From Methanobacteriota archaeon (GTDB lineage Archaea; Thermoplasmatota; Poseidoniia; Poseidoniales; Poseidoniaceae): a stretch of DNA of 64,000 nucleotides. The translations under genes and the position numbers were made by a program. This document shows, piece after piece, positions 48,120-56,522 of the stretch (its first letter is position 1; each line of letters opens with the position of its first letter). A model generated the notes under the pieces. The model saw only the letters and a list, made by a program, of their open reading frames with translations. It was not told where the DNA came from and did not search any database. The stretch covers positions 2,552 to 66,551 of the forward strand of contig JABIGM010000018.1 of assembly GCA_018650165.1 (NCBI GenBank), given 5' to 3'.

Positions 48120-49367
48120 CTATGCCATCGGGTAGCGAAGCACAGCAGCAAGGCCACCAAATCCAGAGTCTAGTTGCGCGCCTTCTTCGGTGTCTGTAGA
48201 AATGAATTTCACTTCAGAACGTCCCTTAGCAGCCAGTAATGAGAATTCGTCAATCAATGATATTGAACTTACTTCAATCAAATCATCACCATCGGATTTA
48301 CATTTTGGACACGCAGGTAAAGCATCCATGCGACCAATTGTAACCGACCACTCGTTTGAACAAGATTTACATTCAATTTCTACTGAATTCTTACGCATCC
48401 CTTCACTGATAAGTAATTTAGATACAGCCCCTTGCTCTAATGCTTGACGGATCATTACCTCGCCATATGTAGCCTTTGGATGTGATTTCACTAGTTCCTC
48501 TAAGAATTCGGTTACGACTTTTCGCTCGGTATCAAGTTCAATCTCGCTCATCAGTCCGCCTGCATTGTCGACAAGTTCTCGAACGCCACTTTCATTTGAA
48601 TAGCCAACATCAAATGTAGTTTTAGCAATCTTCTTTGCGATTTCATGATGGAAGTAGTCGTTCTTTACAACGTAGTCTTTGGTCGCACCGGGTCCGCCAA
48701 TTATTATCGCCTGGATGTTTTCCAATTCAGGTAACCAGTATGAACAAGCGTGCTCAGAAGCACGTTTGAAGAAATTATGAGCTGCTTCTTCAATAAGCCT
48801 TTCGAATCTTTGCGCTGACTGACCCCCTTGCCTGTGCTTACCCATAATGTTGGAAACAAGTGTTTCTTGAACATGTATGCGTTTACCACTGGCAATTCCA
48901 TATGCAGCTTCAGCACGGTCGATTACGAACAAGCCATAGGATTTTTTGTCAACCAACATATCTTCTAATTGCGATAACTCAAACTTAGAATCACAGCGGT
49001 ATCGGAATGAGATTAGTGCCTGGGGTGGATCATCGATAATTACAGTAGTATGGCGCGTTTTATTGTTGCCAACAATAATTGCTCCAGTGAATAGGGCAAG
49101 TCCTCTTTCGCCGGCATCACGGTATTTTGAGAGTAATGAAATTGCAGATTCAATCGCACCCTGTACGTTCTTTTTTGTTGATTTAGACTTGATATTAGCC
49201 GCTTGCCCGTGCTCGTTTTGAAGCATCTGTCTCGCATCAGAAACCTGTCGGTCAGGCGGAATAATTACTGTAACTAACTCTGTCCCCGAACCCTTCATCT
49301 CTCGAAGGTCCTCGAGTGCCAGTTTCAACTTGAGTCGGCGGGTCGCCTGTTCTGCGTCATCACTCAT
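48120..49367 (-). CDS. prf1: Peptide chain release factor aRF1
   Basis: GTELV, NIKS, YRCDSKF, GGQS, FGGLAAVLRY; zinc ribbon CKSC/CPKC. Confidence 0.97.
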   Translation of the reverse strand: MSDDAEQATRRLKLKLALEDLREMKGSGTELVTVIIPPDRQVSDARQMLQNEHGQAANIKSKSTKKNVQGAIESAISLLSKYRDAGERGLALFTGAIIVGNNKTRHTTVIIDDPPQALISFRYRCDSKFELSQLEDMLVDKKSYGLFVIDRAEAAYGIASGKRIHVQETLVSNIMGKHRQGGQSAQRFERLIEEAAHNFFKRASEHACSYWLPELENIQAIIIGGPGATKDYVVKNDYFHHEIAKKIAKTTFDVGYSNESGVRELVDNAGGLMSEIELDTERKVVTEFLEELVKSHPKATYGEVMIRQALEQGAVSKLLISEGMRKNSVEIECKSCSNEWSVTIGRMDALPACPKCKSDGDDLIEVSSISLIDEFSLLAAKGRSEVKFISTDTEEGAQLDSGFGGLAAVLRYPMA

Positions 49368-49455
49368 ACAGCTCTCCCCCAGCCCTAAGGGCTGAGGCGG
49401 GGACTTTCAAGCCTTCTGAGAAGGAAGCATCATCAATGGTCGACATTACGCAGTA

Positions 49456-50163
49456 ATGATGACGACCCACATCATTGCTCTGGGAGGCTCACTTCTACGT
49501 CCTGAAGAAGCAGAGCAGAGAACTCAGTGGTTCGGTCAGTTGAGACAATTAGCGGTGCATCTGGAAGGAAACGGAAGGCGTCTGGGAATTGTTGTGGGTG
49601 GAGGTCTGCCCGCAAGAGAGGGCATCACCTTGGCACGCCAATCATTCTCCGAGCCCTATAGACTAGATACCGTCGGCATTGCTGCTACAAGACTTAATGC
49701 AACAATTTTACAGCAATCACTACTTGATACCGGATGTAATGTCTGCCCAATTATTCCAAATTCCACCGAAGAGGCTGCAGATTTACTCACTGAACACAAC
49801 TTTGTGATTATGGGAGGTACATCTCCGGGCCACACGACTGATGCTGTAGCTGTTGCTTTGGCAAGAGACTGCGGAGCACCTCACTGTGTCATCGCTACAA
49901 ATGTCACACATGTTCACGATAGCGACCCCCGCCTCAACGATGATGCTAAGCCAATCGAAGAGATGACTTTGACTGAATTAGCAAGAATCACTGGAACCGA
50001 ACCTCTAGAGCCTGGTGAATCAGCAGCAGTAGACCCGGTGGCAGTAAAGTGGGCAATTGAGGCCAATGTTAAGTTAGCAGTATTGGACGGACGGAATCTG
50101 TCATTACTTGAGGATGCAATCGAAGGAAGGCCGTTTGTTGGCACACTGGTTCGAACGGAGTGA
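49456..50163 (+). CDS. pyrH: UMP kinase (archaeal type)
   Basis: LGGSL, VVGGG, ATRLNA, GGTSPGHTTDAVA, ATNV, DPR. Confidence 0.93.
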   Translation: MMTTHIIALGGSLLRPEEAEQRTQWFGQLRQLAVHLEGNGRRLGIVVGGGLPAREGITLARQSFSEPYRLDTVGIAATRLNATILQQSLLDTGCNVCPIIPNSTEEAADLLTEHNFVIMGGTSPGHTTDAVAVALARDCGAPHCVIATNVTHVHDSDPRLNDDAKPIEEMTLTELARITGTEPLEPGESAAVDPVAVKWAIEANVKLAVLDGRNLSLLEDAIEGRPFVGTLVRTE

Positions 50164-50444
50164 GAAATATGGTAGATGCAAAAGCGATTAGAGATAAAGT
50201 AAACAAAAAAATAAACTCACCTCGCTCAAAGATTTCTTCTAATCTCCCCTCTCACAAGCATTGTAGAATGTGTGGTATCGAGATTGATGTCAAAACCGAC
50301 CCTCGTATTTGTAAAAACGAAGAGTGCGTAACTAAACTAGAAAAGCAGAGCAAACAAGATAAAATGATGCGAATTATGTTCTTCATATTCTTCATTGCGA
50401 TAGTTGCACCTGTCGCATTGCAATTATTTGGCTTTGGACGTTAA
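50160..50444 (+). CDS. DUF2116 family zinc-ribbon membrane protein
   Basis: HKHCRMCG...C...C then C-terminal TM; follows pyrH. Confidence 0.75.
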   Translation: MRNMVDAKAIRDKVNKKINSPRSKISSNLPSHKHCRMCGIEIDVKTDPRICKNEECVTKLEKQSKQDKMMRIMFFIFFIAIVAPVALQLFGFGR

Positions 50445-51541
50445 TTCCTGTACCAGCCGTCTGGAAGTTCCATCGGGTCTGTAGCCATATTCGCTTTACA
50501 GCGCCTAACCATCTCCAGTCTAAGTGCGATTACACCAACTTCTTCTTGCGCTGAAATTGTAACGCACCCTTCCTCATCAATTAGCACTGGCAAATCGGGT
50601 TCACCCTCACCATCCCATTCGGATTCAAATTTCTTCACTTCATCCCAATTAACAGGTAGTGGATCCATCAAGTCACCTTTTGAGACAACTACAATCATAT
50701 CGATTTCTGGAAGAAGCTCCTTGACTTCGGCCAAAAGATTGTTTTGGTCTTCGACACTAGTACCACATTTTTCTGAAATATCCATCAAGAAAATGCACAG
50801 GCTACCAACATGCTGAATCGCTGCGATTGCTTGCAATTCAATTGTATTACGGTCATACATTGGCCGGTCAAGTAGTCCAGGTGTGTCGACCATCTGGTGA
50901 GGGACGCGACGGTGCTTGAAATGGCCAACGTGAAGTTGTTTAGTTGTGAATGGGTAATGGTTTACTTCCATATTTCCACTTGAAAGTGAAGAAATGAATG
51001 CACTCTTTCCAACATTTGGAGCACCGCATACAACAATTGTGGGACACAGTTGGTCAATAACTGGCAGTTTACGCAAGATTTGTCTGCTTTGGTGAAGCCA
51101 TTCAAGTGATGGACTAATTCGACGCATGATGCTTGAAAGGCGACCATATGCCTCTTTCCGCGCATCGTGCATTATCTCGAATCTTGCGCTACGAATGATT
51201 TTCATCGTATTTTGCTTTGCGATTTTTCGCATCTGCTTTGCACCCCAGCCAAGCATCGAAAGATGGTGACGATAATCATCGCATCCAACACAAGCATCGA
51301 CCATGGCTTTATCGAACAGAGGCATTCTATCGAGGCTTGGCCATGACTTTTCAGTATCTTCCAAGTATTGTGACATAACATCCGCAGATGTTTGAACCAT
51401 TCTAGTCAACTGTTTACGGACACGAAATACCTTGACTGGGTCGTCGACGCGGTCAGCGGCTTTCTTGCCGCGACTGAAACCTTTGTCGAGAACCTCCTCT
51501 TCTGTAAGGACGGTTGTCAGGTCTCGCCATACTACCTTCAT
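50441..51541 (-). CDS. NOG1 family GTP-binding protein
   Basis: GAPNVGKS, YPFTTK, DTPGLLDRP..RN.IE.QAI.A. Confidence 0.92.
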   Translation of the reverse strand: MKVVWRDLTTVLTEEEVLDKGFSRGKKAADRVDDPVKVFRVRKQLTRMVQTSADVMSQYLEDTEKSWPSLDRMPLFDKAMVDACVGCDDYRHHLSMLGWGAKQMRKIAKQNTMKIIRSARFEIMHDARKEAYGRLSSIMRRISPSLEWLHQSRQILRKLPVIDQLCPTIVVCGAPNVGKSAFISSLSSGNMEVNHYPFTTKQLHVGHFKHRRVPHQMVDTPGLLDRPMYDRNTIELQAIAAIQHVGSLCIFLMDISEKCGTSVEDQNNLLAEVKELLPEIDMIVVVSKGDLMDPLPVNWDEVKKFESEWDGEGEPDLPVLIDEEGCVTISAQEEVGVIALRLEMVRRCKANMATDPMELPDGWYRN

Positions 51542-51641
51542 CGGAATGCCTCTGATTCAATCGGGTCGGCTCCTATTCTTCAATTCGTAGGTTCATTTTG
51601 AAAGCGTCAGACCTTAGAAGGAGGAGCCCCGACACTCCCAT

Positions 51642-52067
51642 ATGTCGGACCTACCGGATTGGGCGCGGAGCATGTTGGAAGAACTTGGTTCTCCAAAACT
51701 TGATGAAATTGCTAGCGTTCACACTGGCGATTTGATGGAACGTCGCCATGGTCTAAGGAAAGATGACCTTGTGAAAATTCAATTAGATGCAAGAGCACTT
51801 AGTGAGGGAGAAGACACTTGGGTGTACGGGAGATTATTATCTTCTGGTAAATCTTCAATCGAGTTACTTAACACGGATGGAGAGCATGTTTACATCGCGA
51901 GAGAAGTAGTGGTCAGAGTTGTTCTAGTCACTCATACACGCCCCGCATATATCGATGATAAGAAATTGCTAGAATTCGAGAGAGCGGACCAAAAAAGGCG
52001 ATCAAATCTTCACGAGAAGGTCGAAAAAGAAACCAAAGGCAGCGACGACTCTCATATTTGGGGCTGA
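51642..52067 (+). CDS. Hypothetical protein (possible Sm/LSm-like beta barrel)
   Basis: 141-aa ORF; strand pattern VKIQL...VYGRL...IELL...VYI...VVRV. Confidence 0.65.
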   Translation: MSDLPDWARSMLEELGSPKLDEIASVHTGDLMERRHGLRKDDLVKIQLDARALSEGEDTWVYGRLLSSGKSSIELLNTDGEHVYIAREVVVRVVLVTHTRPAYIDDKKLLEFERADQKRRSNLHEKVEKETKGSDDSHIWG

Positions 52068-52071
52068 GAAC

Positions 52072-52317
52072 GTGTCATGGGCGGTTATTGACAACCACCA
52101 TTTGGAAAAATCATTTGTATTCCCAGACTTTACTTCCGCACTAGAATTTGTGAATATTGCTGGAAATATTTGTGAGGAACAGGACCACCATGCAGAATTT
52201 ATTTTGACTTGGGGTTCAGTCTTAATCAAGACATGGAGTCATGATGTCGATTCGATTACAGAGCGCGACCATAAACTCGCCAAAGCGATAGATGAGGTTG
52301 TTTCGAATGGATCCTAA
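52072..52317 (+). CDS. Pterin-4a-carbinolamine dehydratase
   Basis: F.DF..A..FVN, EEQDHH, SHD...IT..D..LA..ID. Confidence 0.9.
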   Translation: MSWAVIDNHHLEKSFVFPDFTSALEFVNIAGNICEEQDHHAEFILTWGSVLIKTWSHDVDSITERDHKLAKAIDEVVSNGS

Positions 52318-52639
52318 AGGAATATCTAGCCCCGGATACAGAATGCATGCCTTCGTGTGTGGACATACGCGTCCCGAGGGTGCTGCGCGTGGTTGCTGTA
52401 ATGACAAGGGGTCACTGGATTTGATGAAGCAATTCAAGCAAATGGCAAAGGATTCGGGAATAAAGGATGTACGCGTACAGAAATCTGGATGCTTAGATTT
52501 CTGTGAAAGTGGGCCAACATGCGTAATATATCCAAGTGGCAACTGGTTCAAAATCACCAGTGAATCGATTCCAAGTCTTGTCAAATACCTTGATGATGGG
52601 ACTTTGCCAAGTGAATTTCTACTGGACCTCAAAGCTTGA
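52307..52639 (+). CDS. Thioredoxin-like [2Fe-2S] ferredoxin
   Basis: HAFVC...GCC, SGCLDFCESGPTCVIYP.G.W. Confidence 0.88.
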   Translation: MDPKGISSPGYRMHAFVCGHTRPEGAARGCCNDKGSLDLMKQFKQMAKDSGIKDVRVQKSGCLDFCESGPTCVIYPSGNWFKITSESIPSLVKYLDDGTLPSEFLLDLKA

Positions 52640-53039
52640 CGGGGCGAGTAGCACCACATGCCTGGCACTTTAGCAAGGTTGTTCGATCCTGCCTGATGAA
52701 ATTAGTATCTGGTGCATTACATTGTCCGCACTTGATGTATGTGTTGACATAATTGACAATGGTCTTTTTGATACGCTTCGGAGGAATTCTACCTTTGAAT
52801 CGAATACGAGGCCCATCTCTGGACCCAGCAGTTCCAAGTTCATTTAGCATGAATTGGTATACGTGGTTTTCATCTCTTTCCATGTGATTGACGACTTCTG
52901 CGAAATTACGGAAAATCGTGTTTGAACCTTCAATCATAATCTGAGGATCAGGTAGTGTCCAACGAGCACGATTCGAGATTTCTTCAGGAATATTTGACCT
53001 TGCGCGGTCTAGCAAAGACTCGTATTTGAAGTCGGACAT
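52629..53039 (-). CDS. eif2b: Translation initiation factor aIF-2 beta
   Basis: YESLLDRA, NF, ELGTAG, CGQCNAPDT...CQACGA. Confidence 0.93.
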   Translation of the reverse strand: MSDFKYESLLDRARSNIPEEISNRARWTLPDPQIMIEGSNTIFRNFAEVVNHMERDENHVYQFMLNELGTAGSRDGPRIRFKGRIPPKRIKKTIVNYVNTYIKCGQCNAPDTNFIRQDRTTLLKCQACGATRPVKL

Positions 53040-53136
53040 CAAACCACTCGCCGAGTCCGCTCCATTTGAGGGTTTCCGCCTCCTAGCGCATTTTGTCAAC
53101 GATGGTTTGATGTCTGAGAGACAACCCGAATCTAAC

Positions 53137-53724
53137 ATGGAGACCGGAATGAGTATAGAGGAACTGCGTGGAATGGCAGCAAACCTTCGCAAAGAAGGTT
53201 TGAATTCTCAGCAAATTGCAGATGAACTTTCACTATCACAAGATACAATTTCATGGCTACTTGCCGGCAGCACTGCTGAAGAGATGCCACGTGACGTTAG
53301 AATCGGGTGGAGAACGATTGGAGTACGCCCTCAAAGAGTAGCAGCAATTGGCGCGATTATGGCTGATGTCGTAGCTGAAGAATGCGGAGATGGTATCGAT
53401 ACCGTTGTTGGAATCTCGATTAATGGCGTTCTGTTTGCAAATGAAGTCGCCAACCAGTTAGATTGCGAAGTTGCGATTCACCGAAATGTAGACGGGGGAC
53501 CAGGTAAAGGTTCTCTTTCCAATAAGTATGGACAAGTTTCTGGCAAACGAATCGTAATTGTCGATGACGTGCTGTCCACAGGTGTAACCATGAGGCGTAC
53601 AATAGATTCCATGCGAGAGGCTGGAGCAGAAGTCGCTCTTTGCATGGTCCTAGTTAACAAAACAGTACGAAATGAAGTGGACGAAGTTCCATTGCGTGGT
53701 ATAATTCGCGCAGCTGTTGTTTGA
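53137..53724 (+). CDS. gfcR: GfcR / orotate phosphoribosyltransferase-like protein with N-terminal HTH
   Basis: GL...QIADELSLS..T..WLL HTH; W..IG; VIVDDVLSTG PRPP loop. Confidence 0.8.
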   Translation: METGMSIEELRGMAANLRKEGLNSQQIADELSLSQDTISWLLAGSTAEEMPRDVRIGWRTIGVRPQRVAAIGAIMADVVAEECGDGIDTVVGISINGVLFANEVANQLDCEVAIHRNVDGGPGKGSLSNKYGQVSGKRIVIVDDVLSTGVTMRRTIDSMREAGAEVALCMVLVNKTVRNEVDEVPLRGIIRAAVV

Positions 53725-53735
53725 GGTGAGCATAG

Positions 53736-55241
53736 ATGCATTGGGCTGATTTTGCGGCACAGACATTGTCGCAAAGAGGTGGAAAGCACATTATTGCATC
53801 TGGAATTACTCCAAGCGGTGAATTCCATATTGGCCATCTCAGAGAAATTCTCACTGGTGACATGGTTACTAGAGCGTGTCGCAACGCGGGAATTGATGCT
53901 GAATCTGTTTTCATAGTAGATTCGGCAGACCCTTTACGCAAAGTGTACCCCTTCCTGTCAGATGAATATGAGAAGTACATCGGCTGCCCTCTAGCAACAA
54001 TTCCTGCCCCTGATGAAAATGGCAATCCGACTATAGATGGTAGAAGTTATGCACAGCATTTCCTCGAGCCATTCCTCGCTGCATTAGAGCAAATCGATGT
54101 CAGACCACGTATTATTGACAACTATACATCCTATTCAAATGGAGAATTTGCAGAAAAGTCACGCATAGCGTGCGAAAAAGCCGAAGAAATACGAGAAATT
54201 ATCGAACGTGTTAGTGGGAGAGAACTTGCTCCTGATTGGTTTCCATTCAATCCATACGGGCATAATGGAAGTCTCGATGGAGTCACAGTAACTGGATATG
54301 AATGGCCTTACGTTCACTGGGTACAAGATGGAGTTGTCGGCAAATCAGATTTGAACAAGGCTGAAGGGAAACTCCCGTGGCGAATTGACTGGCCAGCCAG
54401 ATGGGGATGGATTGGAATCACTTGTGAGCCATTTGGTAAAGATCATGGAGCAGCAGGTGGTTCATATTCAACCGGTAAAGAAATCTCAAAGTTATTCGGT
54501 GATATGCCCCCTCATCCACTGGTGTATGAATGGATTTCTTTGAGAGGACAAGGCGCAATGTCTTCATCCACTGGTAATACGGTCGGTCCGCTGGAAGCTC
54601 TAGAACTTGTACCACCGGAAATTCTCAGATTTCTAATTGCATCAAACAAGCCAAAGAAGGCGATTACATTCGATGCAGGAATGTCACTGGTAGAACTCGC
54701 AGATGAATTTGAGCGCTTACTTTCTCGAGACATCGTTTCTGAACTTGCAGATGAAAACCTATCACGGCGACAGAAGGTTGCGGTTGAAGATGCAGAAGGC
54801 GCTCTACGCATGAGTAAAATTCACGACTCAGAACATTCTAACATGACATTTAGACATCTGGCTATGCTGTCTCAGGTAAAGAGTGATTTAGAGATACTGC
54901 AATCATTTGGACAGGATTTATCCGATAGGCTAGCACGTATGCACAATTGGATTAACGGCCCTCATTTCCCAGAGGAATTGCGCATAAGTGTACTCGAAGA
55001 ACCAAAGGGTGGGCTTAACCAAAACATAACCGGTGCTCTTGCCAATTCACTAGCAGAATGCGAGTGGAATAACAAAGCGATTGGAGAGTGTATCTCATTG
55101 ACATTCAAGTCAGATGAAATCAATATTAAAGATGGTTATAGAACCCTATATCTCGCAATCTTAGGTGCCGAAAAGGGCCCAAGGTTATCTCCGATTCTAG
55201 CGGAATTAGATCGGATGCATGTTCTAAAACTACTCGGCTAG
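53736..55241 (+). CDS. lysS: Lysine--tRNA ligase, class I
   Basis: MHWAD, SGITPSG..HIGH, KLPWRIDWPARW, EPFGKDH, MSSSTG, GPRL. Confidence 0.95.
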   Translation: MHWADFAAQTLSQRGGKHIIASGITPSGEFHIGHLREILTGDMVTRACRNAGIDAESVFIVDSADPLRKVYPFLSDEYEKYIGCPLATIPAPDENGNPTIDGRSYAQHFLEPFLAALEQIDVRPRIIDNYTSYSNGEFAEKSRIACEKAEEIREIIERVSGRELAPDWFPFNPYGHNGSLDGVTVTGYEWPYVHWVQDGVVGKSDLNKAEGKLPWRIDWPARWGWIGITCEPFGKDHGAAGGSYSTGKEISKLFGDMPPHPLVYEWISLRGQGAMSSSTGNTVGPLEALELVPPEILRFLIASNKPKKAITFDAGMSLVELADEFERLLSRDIVSELADENLSRRQKVAVEDAEGALRMSKIHDSEHSNMTFRHLAMLSQVKSDLEILQSFGQDLSDRLARMHNWINGPHFPEELRISVLEEPKGGLNQNITGALANSLAECEWNNKAIGECISLTFKSDEINIKDGYRTLYLAILGAEKGPRLSPILAELDRMHVLKLLG

Positions 55242-55289
55242 AGGCACAGTTGCCAAAATTAGCATAATACTCGCCATCCGACCGTTCGA

Positions 55290-55295
55290 TTGAAA
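55290..55295 (+). promoter_or_regulatory. Putative degenerate TATA box TTGAAA, 30 nt before ATG 55320
   Basis: One of at least 11 similar boxes at 29-30 nt spacing in this window (see findings). Confidence 0.5.
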
Positions 55296-55319
55296 GGGGC
55301 CAAGGGTTGTTGGGGTAAC

Positions 55320-56522
55320 ATGGGCGGGGTCTATTGTCCGGGATGTGAGGCTGGTGTCGAACCAGCATCAAAGTTCTGCCTTTCCTGTGGTAACGACCTA
55401 ACTGTCAGGGGACCAATCACTGCTACAGGTCATGATTTGAATCAACTGAAAGATGTTATCCGTACTCGAGATGACCTCTCGATGGCTGAAAAATTCGATA
55501 TGATTGCTAAAGTTGAAGATGGGGCAAACCCAATTCTGCTTGGCATCGCCGCTCCTGCCGATGGTGATGACGTAGATATTGCTGAAGCATTCGCTGCAGG
55601 AGAAGGTAGTGAAGACGAAACTAATGTATTCACAGATTACCAATTTGGTGAATCTGCAGCAGCAGCGGCAGCAGTTCGTGCGACGGTACGTGGCACTGAT
55701 GGCTGGGTTCTTGTTCAGAAAGGAACTCTAGACCTTTCGGAAGGATTGTTTAGAGATGCAATGAATCTTGGTATGGAAGCAAGTACTCACATTCACGATG
55801 TATCGAGTGGTGAGCATGAAGGAATTGACCCTGAGGCTATGCGTTCGATTCCTGTACTGAAGCCGCCGAAGAGATCATTCTGCCCTAAGTGTGGCTCAGA
55901 TATCCATGCAAACACAATGCTGCAATGGAGAAAATGGAGAGATTCATCCGGAGATGTAGTATCAATGCAACTCGAAGCAAGTATGGAAACTGCACTCATT
56001 CAAGTTGCTTCACACTATCTTACTGTCATTGAAAAGATGAAGGGCGATGCATCATCAGTAGATGAGGAAGCCATCATCAAGAAATTAGAAACCGAAATTC
56101 GCAAGGAACTCGAAAATGAGATGGATGGCCGTACCGCTGCATCAAAAAGTGGAGCTAAAGAGGAAAAGAAAGCCGGCGCTTCCAGCAAAAAGAAGAGCAC
56201 ACCTCAGAAGTCTAATACTACTGCACCAAAGAAGAAGGGCGGAGGAATGTTTGGAGCAAAGCGCCCCAAGAAAACATTCGAAGGTAAGGCTGGAGACAAG
56301 GCTGATTGGTTCTTAGCAGAGGCATTGGATACAATCTTCGACCCACATGGAACAGGAAAAGTCCTGAAACCTAAGACCATTGTCGCAAGATCTAGTGAAG
56401 GGAATGTGCGTGTACAGGACGTAGTACGCGTCTATGATGCTGAAGGAAAAGATGGCATAAGTGAACTTGCTTGGACAAGCCCGTTCACAGAATATATCAT
56501 TGAAGCATACGATGCTTGTTGA
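55320..56522 (+). CDS. Hypothetical protein with zinc ribbons and Lys-rich linker
   Basis: CPGC...FCLSCG double zinc ribbon; FCPKCG; coiled-coil and K-rich segment. Confidence 0.7.
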   Translation: MGGVYCPGCEAGVEPASKFCLSCGNDLTVRGPITATGHDLNQLKDVIRTRDDLSMAEKFDMIAKVEDGANPILLGIAAPADGDDVDIAEAFAAGEGSEDETNVFTDYQFGESAAAAAAVRATVRGTDGWVLVQKGTLDLSEGLFRDAMNLGMEASTHIHDVSSGEHEGIDPEAMRSIPVLKPPKRSFCPKCGSDIHANTMLQWRKWRDSSGDVVSMQLEASMETALIQVASHYLTVIEKMKGDASSVDEEAIIKKLETEIRKELENEMDGRTAASKSGAKEEKKAGASSKKKSTPQKSNTTAPKKKGGGMFGAKRPKKTFEGKAGDKADWFLAEALDTIFDPHGTGKVLKPKTIVARSSEGNVRVQDVVRVYDAEGKDGISELAWTSPFTEYIIEAYDAC

